From: Alphaproteobacteria bacterium
GTDB lineage: Bacteria; Pseudomonadota; Alphaproteobacteria; Rhizobiales; JAKIUO01
Direction of reading: 5' to 3'
NCBI GenBank assembly: GCA_024280895.1
Contig: JAJRPI010000024.1
Span: forward strand, 14 to 64,013
DNA length: 64,000 nucleotides
Part shown: positions 33,175 through 41,417 of the stretch, piece by piece
How positions within the stretch are numbered: the first letter of the stretch is position 1
Layout: each line of letters starts with the position of its first letter
The notes under the pieces: model-generated
Told to the model about the DNA's origin: nothing
What the model saw: the letters and a program-made list of their open reading frames with translations, nothing else
The model's database searches: none
Program-made: the position numbers and the translations under genes

Positions 33175-34011
33175 GTGGCTCGCAGAGAAGCAGAAGCAGA
33201 AAATCACTGGCCGGGTTTTGTCGATGTGCTCTCGACCATTGTGATGGTTGTGACATTCCTGCTGATTATTCTGGGTATCGTGATTTTTGTGATCTCGAAA
33301 AATATTTCGACGGAACTTGAAAAAGCGGCTCAGGAAGTGGAGGCGGCGCAAGAGGCGCTGGCGCTGGCGCAAGACAAAGCGGATGAGATGAAGGAGAAGG
33401 CGGAGGCTCAGAATGAGGCTCAGGCTCAGAATCAAGCGCAGGCTCAGGCGCAGGCTCAAAATCAAGCGCAGGCTAAGAATGAGGATCAGGCCGAGGCCGA
33501 GGCCGAGGCTCAACAAAGTAGCGCCAGCTCTAGCAAATCAGCGGCCGTGTTTCGTTCGCAAATGTCAGAAGAACTGACGCAAAATGATGAGATTGAAAGC
33601 GAAGACAAGTTGACGGTGCGCACCCGTCAGACCAAGAACACCAAGCAGATTGTTATCTCGACAAACGAGCGCGAAACCGATCCGCGCAAGCTCAAGGTGA
33701 CCAGTTCCAAAGCGGCGTTGTCACTTTTATTTAAGGGCGGCGTAAAAATTTCTGCAGATGCAACCAATGAGATACAGACTTATCTGAAGTCGAATACAGA
33801 AATAGACAAAACAAAAAAATACGAGATACGAGCTTTTTTCAACACGACGACTGGTTCCATTAGTGAAGCCAAGCGATTGGCTTATTATCGAGCCCTTGCA
33901 ACGCGCAATCAATTGTTGACATTGGGCGTTGAGGCCAAAAAAATTGGTATCAAGGTTGCCGCATCGGGGCGCGGCGAGGACGCAGGCAAAGTCAATATTT
34001 ATCTGAAGTAG
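33175..34011 (+). CDS. MotB/SiiA-like single-pass membrane protein with C-terminal OmpA-like domain
   Basis: WPGFVD(17)VLSTIVMVVTFLLIIL TM helix with the stator-type Asp, an A/Q/E-rich linker, and C-terminal LAYYRALATRNQLLTLGV (OmpA-like RA..R..L...GV). GTG start 6 nt after the ABC stop. Confidence 0.75.
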   Translation: MARREAEAENHWPGFVDVLSTIVMVVTFLLIILGIVIFVISKNISTELEKAAQEVEAAQEALALAQDKADEMKEKAEAQNEAQAQNQAQAQAQAQNQAQAKNEDQAEAEAEAQQSSASSSKSAAVFRSQMSEELTQNDEIESEDKLTVRTRQTKNTKQIVISTNERETDPRKLKVTSSKAALSLLFKGGVKISADATNEIQTYLKSNTEIDKTKKYEIRAFFNTTTGSISEAKRLAYYRALATRNQLLTLGVEAKKIGIKVAASGRGEDAGKVNIYLK

Positions 34012-34173
34012 AATAACTCAGGGCTTTTGGAGCAAACGAACAGCTCGAACAAGCCCTGGTGCCGAAATGCAAAATTAACTAGTTATTGAGCAATTATCAT
34101 TAACACTCATACTTGATTGTACTGCGCTTGAATTAAATCGACGATTTTAATAATCGCGCATCCAGGATCACGA

Positions 34174-35817
34174 ATGAGACAAGACATTCAAAAACAACTC
34201 TACCGCATGACCTTTGTGGTATTTGTGATGATTGCTCTTGGCATCTGGCAGCGCGAATTTGTTGTCACTGCCATCAATTCCAATATTTTTCTCAATGCGA
34301 CCATTATCGGCACATTTGTGTTCGGTCTTGGACTGGTCTTTAAATATCAGTTTGATCTGCGCAACGAGATTATCTCTTTTGAGGCACTGCAAGAAAAATA
34401 TAATGATATTTTGCGCAAGGACGAGGATGAAACCGATCCGTTCTGGCGTTTTCAGCGTTGTCAGAAGCCAGCCATTATATTCTCGCCTCCACGTGTCATG
34501 TGGCAGGCTTATTTCCTCATATCTGATGAGATGTCGCGGACCGGTAATCTGAAGATTTCCGCCGGAACCATGCAGACGCTCATCGATGGGATTGACACCA
34601 AGCTGGATGATCAAAAAAGCCTGTCGACCTATATTACGGGTCTGCTGGTGTTTCTTGGCTTGATCGGCACATTTGTGGGTCTGATGGTGACATTGGCCTC
34701 GGTTGGTAAAATCATTGGTGATCTGGATTTGTCGGGAGGTGGCGGCACTGAAAGCATCCAGCAATTGATGACCAACCTGAAGACACCGCTTCAGGGCATG
34801 GCGACGGGTTTTAGCTCGTCCTTGTTTGGTCTCGTGACATCACTGGCACTTGGTCTGATTGTGCGGTTTCAAAGCCTTGCAGCCTCTAGCCTGAAACTTG
34901 GTTTTGAAGCCTGGCTGTCTAGCGTTGTGCATATTACCGATGATGCAGATGGTGGCGGCGCTGTTGCTGGAAGCGCTGGAGCGGGGATCGATCCCCAACA
35001 TTTACGTTTGATGTATAATGTGGCCAAATATACGCTGACTTCATCGAACAGAACCAATCGTACACTCGATAAACTGGCAAGCGCTGTTCTGGAACTAACG
35101 CGCGAGCAGTCCAGGCAGGAGGCGGCGACCAGCGAGCTGTCTGGCCATATGGAAAAGAGCGCGCAATATCAAGGTGCCATGTCCTATCATCTTGGACGCA
35201 CCGCCAAGGCACTTACAAGTTATGAAGATGCGGCTTTGAGCGCGTCGCGGCAAACCAATAGTCAACTTGATACGATGGCTTCAACCATCAAGGATCTCAC
35301 ATCAGAGCAATCTCGTCACGGCAGCGCCACCAGCGAACTGGCAGGCCGTATGGAGGAAAGTGCCAAACTGCCAGGCATCATGTCTCATCATCTGGGTAAA
35401 ACGGCTCAGGCTTTGGCCAACCATGATGATGTGGCGGTCAAATTGCGCGAGATTGATGTTGCCCTCAATGGCAGACTTGATGGACTGGAGGGGGCGATTG
35501 ATCGCTCGGCTGGCAATATTGAGAGCCTGACCGAAGAAATGATCAAATTGGCTGAACCTGATGAAAGTGCGCTGGATGCTGAATATCAAAGCATGATGGC
35601 GAAAATAGAAAACACCATTGAGCGCGATGCTATCGTGCAAGAACCCATTGCTGTGAACGCTGTTGGCGCGAGGCCCGCTGGGGCACCACGGCCTGCTGCG
35701 GGGCAAAATACTGCCACGACGGCTTCTACAACAACATCGCGAAACGCCGACTCCATTGGTGAAATGAGAGACAGGCTAACCGGTGCGTATGGGCGCGGAA
35801 CGGATCAGGAAGTCTAA
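34174..35817 (+). CDS. MotA/TolQ/ExbB-family (SiiB/ZorA-like) proton-channel protein with long cytoplasmic tail
   Basis: Four hydrophobic segments, including LVFLGLIGTFVGL and GMATGFSSSLFGL (ExbB/MotA channel helices), then a ~300-aa helical tail. Confidence 0.8.
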   Translation: MRQDIQKQLYRMTFVVFVMIALGIWQREFVVTAINSNIFLNATIIGTFVFGLGLVFKYQFDLRNEIISFEALQEKYNDILRKDEDETDPFWRFQRCQKPAIIFSPPRVMWQAYFLISDEMSRTGNLKISAGTMQTLIDGIDTKLDDQKSLSTYITGLLVFLGLIGTFVGLMVTLASVGKIIGDLDLSGGGGTESIQQLMTNLKTPLQGMATGFSSSLFGLVTSLALGLIVRFQSLAASSLKLGFEAWLSSVVHITDDADGGGAVAGSAGAGIDPQHLRLMYNVAKYTLTSSNRTNRTLDKLASAVLELTREQSRQEAATSELSGHMEKSAQYQGAMSYHLGRTAKALTSYEDAALSASRQTNSQLDTMASTIKDLTSEQSRHGSATSELAGRMEESAKLPGIMSHHLGKTAQALANHDDVAVKLREIDVALNGRLDGLEGAIDRSAGNIESLTEEMIKLAEPDESALDAEYQSMMAKIENTIERDAIVQEPIAVNAVGARPAGAPRPAAGQNTATTASTTTSRNADSIGEMRDRLTGAYGRGTDQEV

Positions 35818-35818
35818 T

Positions 35819-36214
35819 ATGTCAATTTTTTCCCAGCTCTTTGATCGAAATCTTAGGAATAAAATCCCGGTCTTGCGGATTGGCACTTCGGCGGATCGCC
35901 GTTACCAGCGGACCGATTGCTATATTATTAGCTCTTTGTCGCTGATGAGCCGCCCCATCATGTTCGATGGTGTGGTCGACAGTGTTTCTTCCAAAGGCAT
36001 GCAGTTTCGCCCCGCTTCGAGCTATATTCTCGACCGTCGCGGTGAAATGGTCGGTATTGACATCAATTACAAAACCTATTTTGGCACCATCGTTGCGGTG
36101 CGCTATTCCGGTTATGGGATCGCGTTATCTGAACCGATTTCAGATGAAGAACTGGATGGCATATTGGAAGAATATGGCTATGCCAATGCGCAAGAGGCCG
36201 GCGTTTCTGCTTGA
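35819..36214 (+). CDS. PilZ-domain-like protein
   Basis: RRYQR (RxxxR) followed by DSVSSKGMQF (variant of [D/N]xSxxG) and a beta-rich C-terminal half ending GIAL. ATG lies 1 nt after the MotA-like stop, with AGGAAG upstream. Confidence 0.6.
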   Translation: MSIFSQLFDRNLRNKIPVLRIGTSADRRYQRTDCYIISSLSLMSRPIMFDGVVDSVSSKGMQFRPASSYILDRRGEMVGIDINYKTYFGTIVAVRYSGYGIALSEPISDEELDGILEEYGYANAQEAGVSA

Positions 36215-36220
36215 ATAATA

Positions 36221-36670
36221 TTATTCGGGTTGTGCGAACAAAGAGGTAAATTCCCCATATCCCTGATCTTCCAGCTCGCTGAGCGGGACAAAGCGCATGG
36301 AAGCCGAATTCATGCAGTAGCGCATGCCGGTCGAAGGCGGGCCATCATTAAACACATGCCCCAGATGACTGTCGCTTTGATAGCTGCGCACTTCAGTGCG
36401 GGTTGAGAATAGTTTGCTGTCGGTTTTTTTTGTGACAAACTCCTCTTTTATGGGTTTGGAAAAGCTTGGCCATCCGGTGCCGCTATCATATTTGTCGCTG
36501 GACAAAAACAATGGTTCGCCGCTGACTATATCCACATAGAGGCCGTCGCGTTTTTCGTCCCAATAGTCATTTTGAAAGGGTCGCTCCGTGCCCTCGTTTT
36601 GCGTGACATCATATTGTAAGGGGCTAAGGCTTTTTCTTAATTCATCATCGGAGGGTTTTTTATAGCTCAT
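36221..36670 (-). CDS. msrB: Peptide-methionine (R)-S-oxide reductase
   Basis: [36 protein letters not shown]. Start placed at ATG 36670. Confidence 0.95.
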   Translation of the reverse strand: MSYKKPSDDELRKSLSPLQYDVTQNEGTERPFQNDYWDEKRDGLYVDIVSGEPLFLSSDKYDSGTGWPSFSKPIKEEFVTKKTDSKLFSTRTEVRSYQSDSHLGHVFNDGPPSTGMRYCMNSASMRFVPLSELEDQGYGEFTSLFAQPE

Positions 36671-36845
36671 GATCTTTTCTTTCCAAAAAGGCGGGACTGC
36701 CGATAATCTATGGTTTTGTCTGGCATATTGCAAAAGGTTCAGGGCTGAATTGTTTGTGATGCGGGGTCTTGCTAGCGGTTGTGCTTAACGACAAGCGATG
36801 ATGAATAACTTGATTTGTCGCTTTTGTTGGGGCAAAATGGCTTGT

Positions 36846-36907
36846 GTGTGGTGATTTGGCCGGTCGGCTTGCAGCCACGTTAAAAAAGTCGCTAAAAAAG
36901 GCCGAGG
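36846..36907 (+). promoter_or_regulatory. SAM-II (SAM_alpha) riboswitch upstream of metX
   Basis: GTGGTGATTTGGCCGGTCGGCTTGCAGCCACGTTAAAAAAGTCGCTAAAAAAGGCCG matches the SAM_alpha pattern and sits in the metX leader. Confidence 0.9.
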
Positions 36908-36993
36908 GATCTGTGAGCCCGGCTTTATTGATGCGGTAAAGTCGGTTTTTTTGTGCGCCTGATTTGTTTCAAGGCCACGAGGAGGTAAGGCAG

Positions 36994-38250
36994 ATGTCTC
37001 AATCTGATGCCCCAGACAAGGGCCACGGCGACCAGCCCAGCAAGAGTAAGCTGGCGGCAACTCCCTATGACAGCCATTCGGTGACCTTTGGTGAAGACCA
37101 GCCACTGCACCTTGATAGCGGCGATCGTATCGTCCCCTATACGATTGCCTATCAAAGCTATGGTGTCCTCAATAAAGACAAAAGCAATGCCATTTTGATT
37201 TGCCATGCGCTGACCGGTGATCAGCATGTGGCCAATGATCACCCGCTAACTGGCAAGCCTGGCTGGTGGGATGTTATGGTCGGTCCCGGCAAGCCTGTCG
37301 ATACGGATCGCTATTTCGTCATTTGCTCCAATGTCATTGGTGGCTGCCTTGGTTCAACCGGACCAAGTTCCCCAGATCCCGCGACTTTCAAACCTTACGG
37401 CCTGGATTTTCCCGTCATCACTATTGCCGATATGGTGCGTGCCCAAGCCAGCCTTATTGATTATCTGGAAATAGACACGTTGTTTTGTGTGATGGGCGGC
37501 TCGATTGGCGGCATGCAGGTACTGGAATGGGCCGCAAGTTACCCGGACCGTGTTCAAACCGCTATTCCTATCGCCACAGCGGCGCGTCATTCATCGCAAA
37601 ATATTGGCTTTAACGAAGTGGGCCGCCAAGCCATCATGGCCGATCCCGACTGGCATAATGGGCGCTATTATGATCATGACAAGCGACCCCGAAAGGGTCT
37701 CGCGGTCGCTCGTATGGCGGCGCATATTACTTATTTATCGGAAGAAGCCATGCAGGAGAAATTTGGTCGCAATCTGCAAGATCGTGACAAGGTGACCTTT
37801 GGCTTTGACGCTGATTTCCAGATCGAGAGCTATTTGCGCTATCAAGGCTTTAAATTTGTCGAACGCTTCGATGCCAATGCTTATCTCTATATCACGCGCG
37901 CCGTGGACTATTTTGATCTCGCTGCCGATCATGCTTCTACTGCTGGCGGCACACTGGCGGATGTGTTCAAGGGCACCAAGACGCGCTTTTGTGTGGTATC
38001 TTTTACCTCCGATTGGCTTTATCCAACCTCGGAGGCCCGCACCATCGTCAAGGCCCTTAACGCCGTTGCCGCCAAGGTTAGTTTTGTCGATATTACAACC
38101 GACAAAGGGCATGACGCCTTTTTGCTTGAGGAACCAGAATTTTTTGATGCCATCAGAGGCTTTTTAAGCTCGGCCGCTCGGCAGGCTGGTCTTGAGCCGG
38201 CCCGCAAACCCGCGCACGAATCTACGCACACTGGGGGAGGGGCCTCATGA
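36994..38250 (+). CDS. metX: Homoserine O-acetyltransferase
   Basis: [47 protein letters not shown] precedes ATG 36994. Confidence 0.95.
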   Translation: MSQSDAPDKGHGDQPSKSKLAATPYDSHSVTFGEDQPLHLDSGDRIVPYTIAYQSYGVLNKDKSNAILICHALTGDQHVANDHPLTGKPGWWDVMVGPGKPVDTDRYFVICSNVIGGCLGSTGPSSPDPATFKPYGLDFPVITIADMVRAQASLIDYLEIDTLFCVMGGSIGGMQVLEWAASYPDRVQTAIPIATAARHSSQNIGFNEVGRQAIMADPDWHNGRYYDHDKRPRKGLAVARMAAHITYLSEEAMQEKFGRNLQDRDKVTFGFDADFQIESYLRYQGFKFVERFDANAYLYITRAVDYFDLAADHASTAGGTLADVFKGTKTRFCVVSFTSDWLYPTSEARTIVKALNAVAAKVSFVDITTDKGHDAFLLEEPEFFDAIRGFLSSAARQAGLEPARKPAHESTHTGGGAS

Positions 38251-38879
38251 GCGAGCATTTGACAAACGGATCCGAGTCGATCACCCGCGTCGACCATTTG
38301 CTGATCGCCAGCATGGTTAAACCAGGCACCCGCGTGCTTGATGTGGGCTCAGGAGAAGGTTCATTGTTGGCCTTGTTGGAGAGGCAAAAACGGGTTGATG
38401 GGCGCGGCATCGAGTTGCACCAGGAAGGGGTCAACAGGAGTGTTGCCAAGGGGCTTTCGGTTATTCAAGGCGATGCCGACAAGGATCTCGTGGATTATCC
38501 TGATGATGCCTTTGATTATGCGATTTTGAGCCAAACCCTGCAGGCCACGCACCAGCCGCGCGAGGTGCTCGAGCAGCTTTTGCGCATTGGTCATCGGGTG
38601 ATCGTTTCTCTGCCCAATTTCGCCCATTGGAAACTGCGCAGCCAGCTATTGCTGACAGGGCGCATGCCCGAGACGTCGCATCTGCCCTATAAATGGTATG
38701 ATACGCCCAATATCCATTTTTGCACCCTGAAGGATTTTCGCGAGCTCTGCGAGGAGCTTGGTGCCACCATCGAGCAATCCTACACGCTTAATTCTTATGG
38801 CTATAAACTGCCCTATGCCGTGCCATATTTCCTGCAAAACCTCATTGGCGAACAGGCGGTGTTCTTGTTGAAGCGGTAG
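38247..38879 (+). CDS. metW: Methionine biosynthesis protein MetW
   Basis: [40 protein letters not shown] overlap with metX. Confidence 0.93.
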   Translation: MSEHLTNGSESITRVDHLLIASMVKPGTRVLDVGSGEGSLLALLERQKRVDGRGIELHQEGVNRSVAKGLSVIQGDADKDLVDYPDDAFDYAILSQTLQATHQPREVLEQLLRIGHRVIVSLPNFAHWKLRSQLLLTGRMPETSHLPYKWYDTPNIHFCTLKDFRELCEELGATIEQSYTLNSYGYKLPYAVPYFLQNLIGEQAVFLLKR

Positions 38880-38930
38880 CAATGTAGGTTGGTGGCGTGT
38901 GGGGGCTTTAACACTGCGACAAAGCCGCTC

Positions 38931-38960
38931 TTGACTTTAGGGTGCTATTTCGATTCTAAT
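38931..38960 (+). promoter_or_regulatory. Possible sigma70 promoter for rhlE
   Basis: TTGACT-N18-TCTAAT about 260 nt upstream of the rhlE start. Confidence 0.4.
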
Positions 38961-39222
38961 GCGCTTAGCGACACTCCCAAGACGACTGAATCTTGACGGA
39001 CTGCTGACCGCCTTGATAATGAGGCGCATCATTTCTTCTTGTATTCAGGGTGTTTCGCACGATGGGTCCGCCGTTTTAAAGGCGCGATCACGTCGGCAAC
39101 AACCAACCGCAGGCAATGGGTCGGCGGTTCTTGAAGTGAGCATAATCCCCAAAATCCGGCCTTCGCGCATGCGCGATGCACCCGTTTGGCGAGTGATTGT
39201 GCACAAATTGAATTGAGAAAAT

Positions 39223-40551
39223 ATGACTGAATTTGTAGGCCTCAAATTGGCCTCACCCATCCTTCGCGCTGTCACAGACGAAGGCTATACAATCCCCACC
39301 CCTATTCAGGCGCAATCGATCGATGCGATCATTGATGGCCATGATCTGATGGGCGTGGCCCAGACAGGCACCGGTAAAACAGCAGCTTTTAGTCTGCCAT
39401 TGCTGCATCTGTTATCTGATAATGAAGGCCGTAGGGCACAACCTTGCGCACCATTAGCTCTTATTCTGGCTCCGACCAGAGAGCTGGCCGGGCAGATCCA
39501 GGACAGCCTTAAACTATATGGCCGTCATGTGCCGTTGCGGAGCATGGTGGTATTTGGTGGCGTCAATATCCGCCCGCAGATACAAGCGCTCAAACGCGGT
39601 GTTCACATTCTGGTGGCGACGCCAGGGCGGCTGATCGATTTGATGAATCAGGGCTGCTGCAATCTCGAAAAAATTGAGCTATTCGTGCTTGATGAAGCCG
39701 ATAGAATGCTCGATATGGGCTTTATTCACGACGTGCGTAAAGTCGCGGAAAAACTGCCAAGGCAGCACCAGACCATCATGTTCTCGGCCACCATGCCGCC
39801 CAAGGTCAAAAAGCTGGCAGACGGCCTGCTCGATGATCCGGTGCATGTCTCTGTGGCACCAGCCGCCACCACTGCTGAAAAGATCGCGCAAAGCGTGATG
39901 TTTGTACCCAAAGATAAAAAACGGGTATTGCTTGAGCAGCTCATGGAGGACGAGGCCATCAAAAAGGTGCTGATTTTTACGCGCACCAAACATGGCGCCA
40001 ACCGCGTTGCCAAGCAATTGGTACAAAAGGGTGTGAGTGCTGATGCCATTCATGGCAACAAGACGCAAAATGCCCGCCAGAAAGCCTTGAAGAAATTCAA
40101 GGCCGGTGAGGTCAGAGTATTGGTGGCAACCGATATTGCCTCACGCGGTATCGATGTTGATGGCGTCACCCATGTCATCAATTATGAGCTGCCAAACGAA
40201 CCTGAGAGCTATGTGCATCGCATTGGACGAACAGCAAGGGCCGGCTGCGAAGGTATCGCCATTTCTCTTTGTGAAATGGATGAGCGCGCTTATCTACGTG
40301 ATATTGAGCGGGCCATCCGCGCCAAGGTGCCCGTTGATAAAGATCATCCCTGGCACAGCGAAGAAATATCCGACCATACCGGTCCCGCTCCCAAACGTAG
40401 TGGCGGCGGTGGTCGTGGTCGTGGCCGAGGTGGCAATGGCGGCGGAAACGGTGGCGGTGGCAATCGCCGCAGAGGTCAAGGCGGCGGCGGTGGCAATCCT
40501 CAGAAAAAACGCGGCAACAATGCCAAACGCTCAAGGCCACGGGCTGCTTAG
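39223..40551 (+). CDS. rhlE: DEAD-box RNA helicase (RhlE-like) with G/R-rich tail
   Basis: AQTGTGKT, PTRELA, TPGRL, DEAD, SAT, HRIGRTAR and a GGGGRGRG tail. Confidence 0.92.
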   Translation: MTEFVGLKLASPILRAVTDEGYTIPTPIQAQSIDAIIDGHDLMGVAQTGTGKTAAFSLPLLHLLSDNEGRRAQPCAPLALILAPTRELAGQIQDSLKLYGRHVPLRSMVVFGGVNIRPQIQALKRGVHILVATPGRLIDLMNQGCCNLEKIELFVLDEADRMLDMGFIHDVRKVAEKLPRQHQTIMFSATMPPKVKKLADGLLDDPVHVSVAPAATTAEKIAQSVMFVPKDKKRVLLEQLMEDEAIKKVLIFTRTKHGANRVAKQLVQKGVSADAIHGNKTQNARQKALKKFKAGEVRVLVATDIASRGIDVDGVTHVINYELPNEPESYVHRIGRTARAGCEGIAISLCEMDERAYLRDIERAIRAKVPVDKDHPWHSEEISDHTGPAPKRSGGGGRGRGRGGNGGGNGGGGNRRRGQGGGGGNPQKKRGNNAKRSRPRAA

Positions 40552-40572
40552 GGGGCACGGTATTTAAACACA

Positions 40573-40606
40573 AAGTGGGCGATGATCGATTGATTGTCGC
40601 CCGCTT
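40573..40606. terminator. Hairpin between convergent rhlE and ankyrin genes
   Basis: AAGTGGGCGATGA...TTGTCGCCCGCTT stem-loop. Confidence 0.55.
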
Positions 40607-40654
40607 GTGATTTGACCGATTGATGTCGGGCTGTTTGATCAATTGAAGATCAAC

Positions 40655-41398
40655 TTACTTCAACAGCTCGATGATATGTCTGTAGCGATGTGATTGGGCA
40701 TGCTGCAATGGCGTAACGCCGTCGCGATCTGCGATTGATTTGTCAGCGCCCGCATTGATAAGCGCCTTTACAATGCTGGTGTGACGTTCCCCGCCATCCC
40801 CCAGAATAACGGCTTCCAAAAGCGCCGTCCAACCCAGACTATTGATCTGGTCAATATCGATTTTGGTGGTAAGCAGATAGCGCACGACGTCCAGGTGACC
40901 GTGATGAGCTGCCGGTGTGAGCGCCGTCCCCCCATAGCGATTGATGCTTTTCAGATCGGCTCCGGCCAAAACGGTCAGTTTCAGGATTTCCAGCCTGCCT
41001 TCGGCCCCCGCATAAAGGTAGGGGCTATCATTTAAATCGTCCTTGGCATTTACATCTGCCCCCGCCTTTATCAAACGGCGAGCGGCATCGACTGCATTGG
41101 CATAGGTTGCGATCAGCAACGCGGTTTTTCCGCTTTCGTCCTTGCTATCAACGCGAATGCCCATCTCGATTGCTCGTGCTAATTTTTTGACATCATTGGT
41201 CCTTGCAGCAGCCAGGAACTCATCAATCTTAGATTGTTGAGAGGTTTTCTTGAGTGGTTCCGCGTATAATTTTGATGGGGCGAGCGAGAACTGAAATATC
41301 GCTGCGCCAAGCAGCAAGGCCGCGATTTTAATGATCGCAGGACACCTTGTTTGATTGGCGCAGTTTTGATGATTTTTCATGTTATGCTTTATGGGCAT
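40655..41398 (-). CDS. Exported ankyrin-repeat protein
   Basis: Hydrophobic signal-like N-terminus, then ankyrin repeats GKTALLIA, GGTALTPAAHHG, GWTALLEA, GVTPLQHA. Confidence 0.85.
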   Translation of the reverse strand: MPIKHNMKNHQNCANQTRCPAIIKIAALLLGAAIFQFSLAPSKLYAEPLKKTSQQSKIDEFLAAARTNDVKKLARAIEMGIRVDSKDESGKTALLIATYANAVDAARRLIKAGADVNAKDDLNDSPYLYAGAEGRLEILKLTVLAGADLKSINRYGGTALTPAAHHGHLDVVRYLLTTKIDIDQINSLGWTALLEAVILGDGGERHTSIVKALINAGADKSIADRDGVTPLQHAQSHRYRHIIELLK

Positions 41399-41417
41399 TG
41401 CCTTTTTTGCCTTATCA

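Noticed and set aside
33175-35817. Zorya (ZorAB) anti-phage system or flagellar stator
   Set aside because: No zorC/zorD/zorE-like helicase or nuclease genes and no flagellar genes are nearby. The order is B-like then A-like and the genes follow a T1SS ABC. Homology of the channel core is accepted, but the system label is not.
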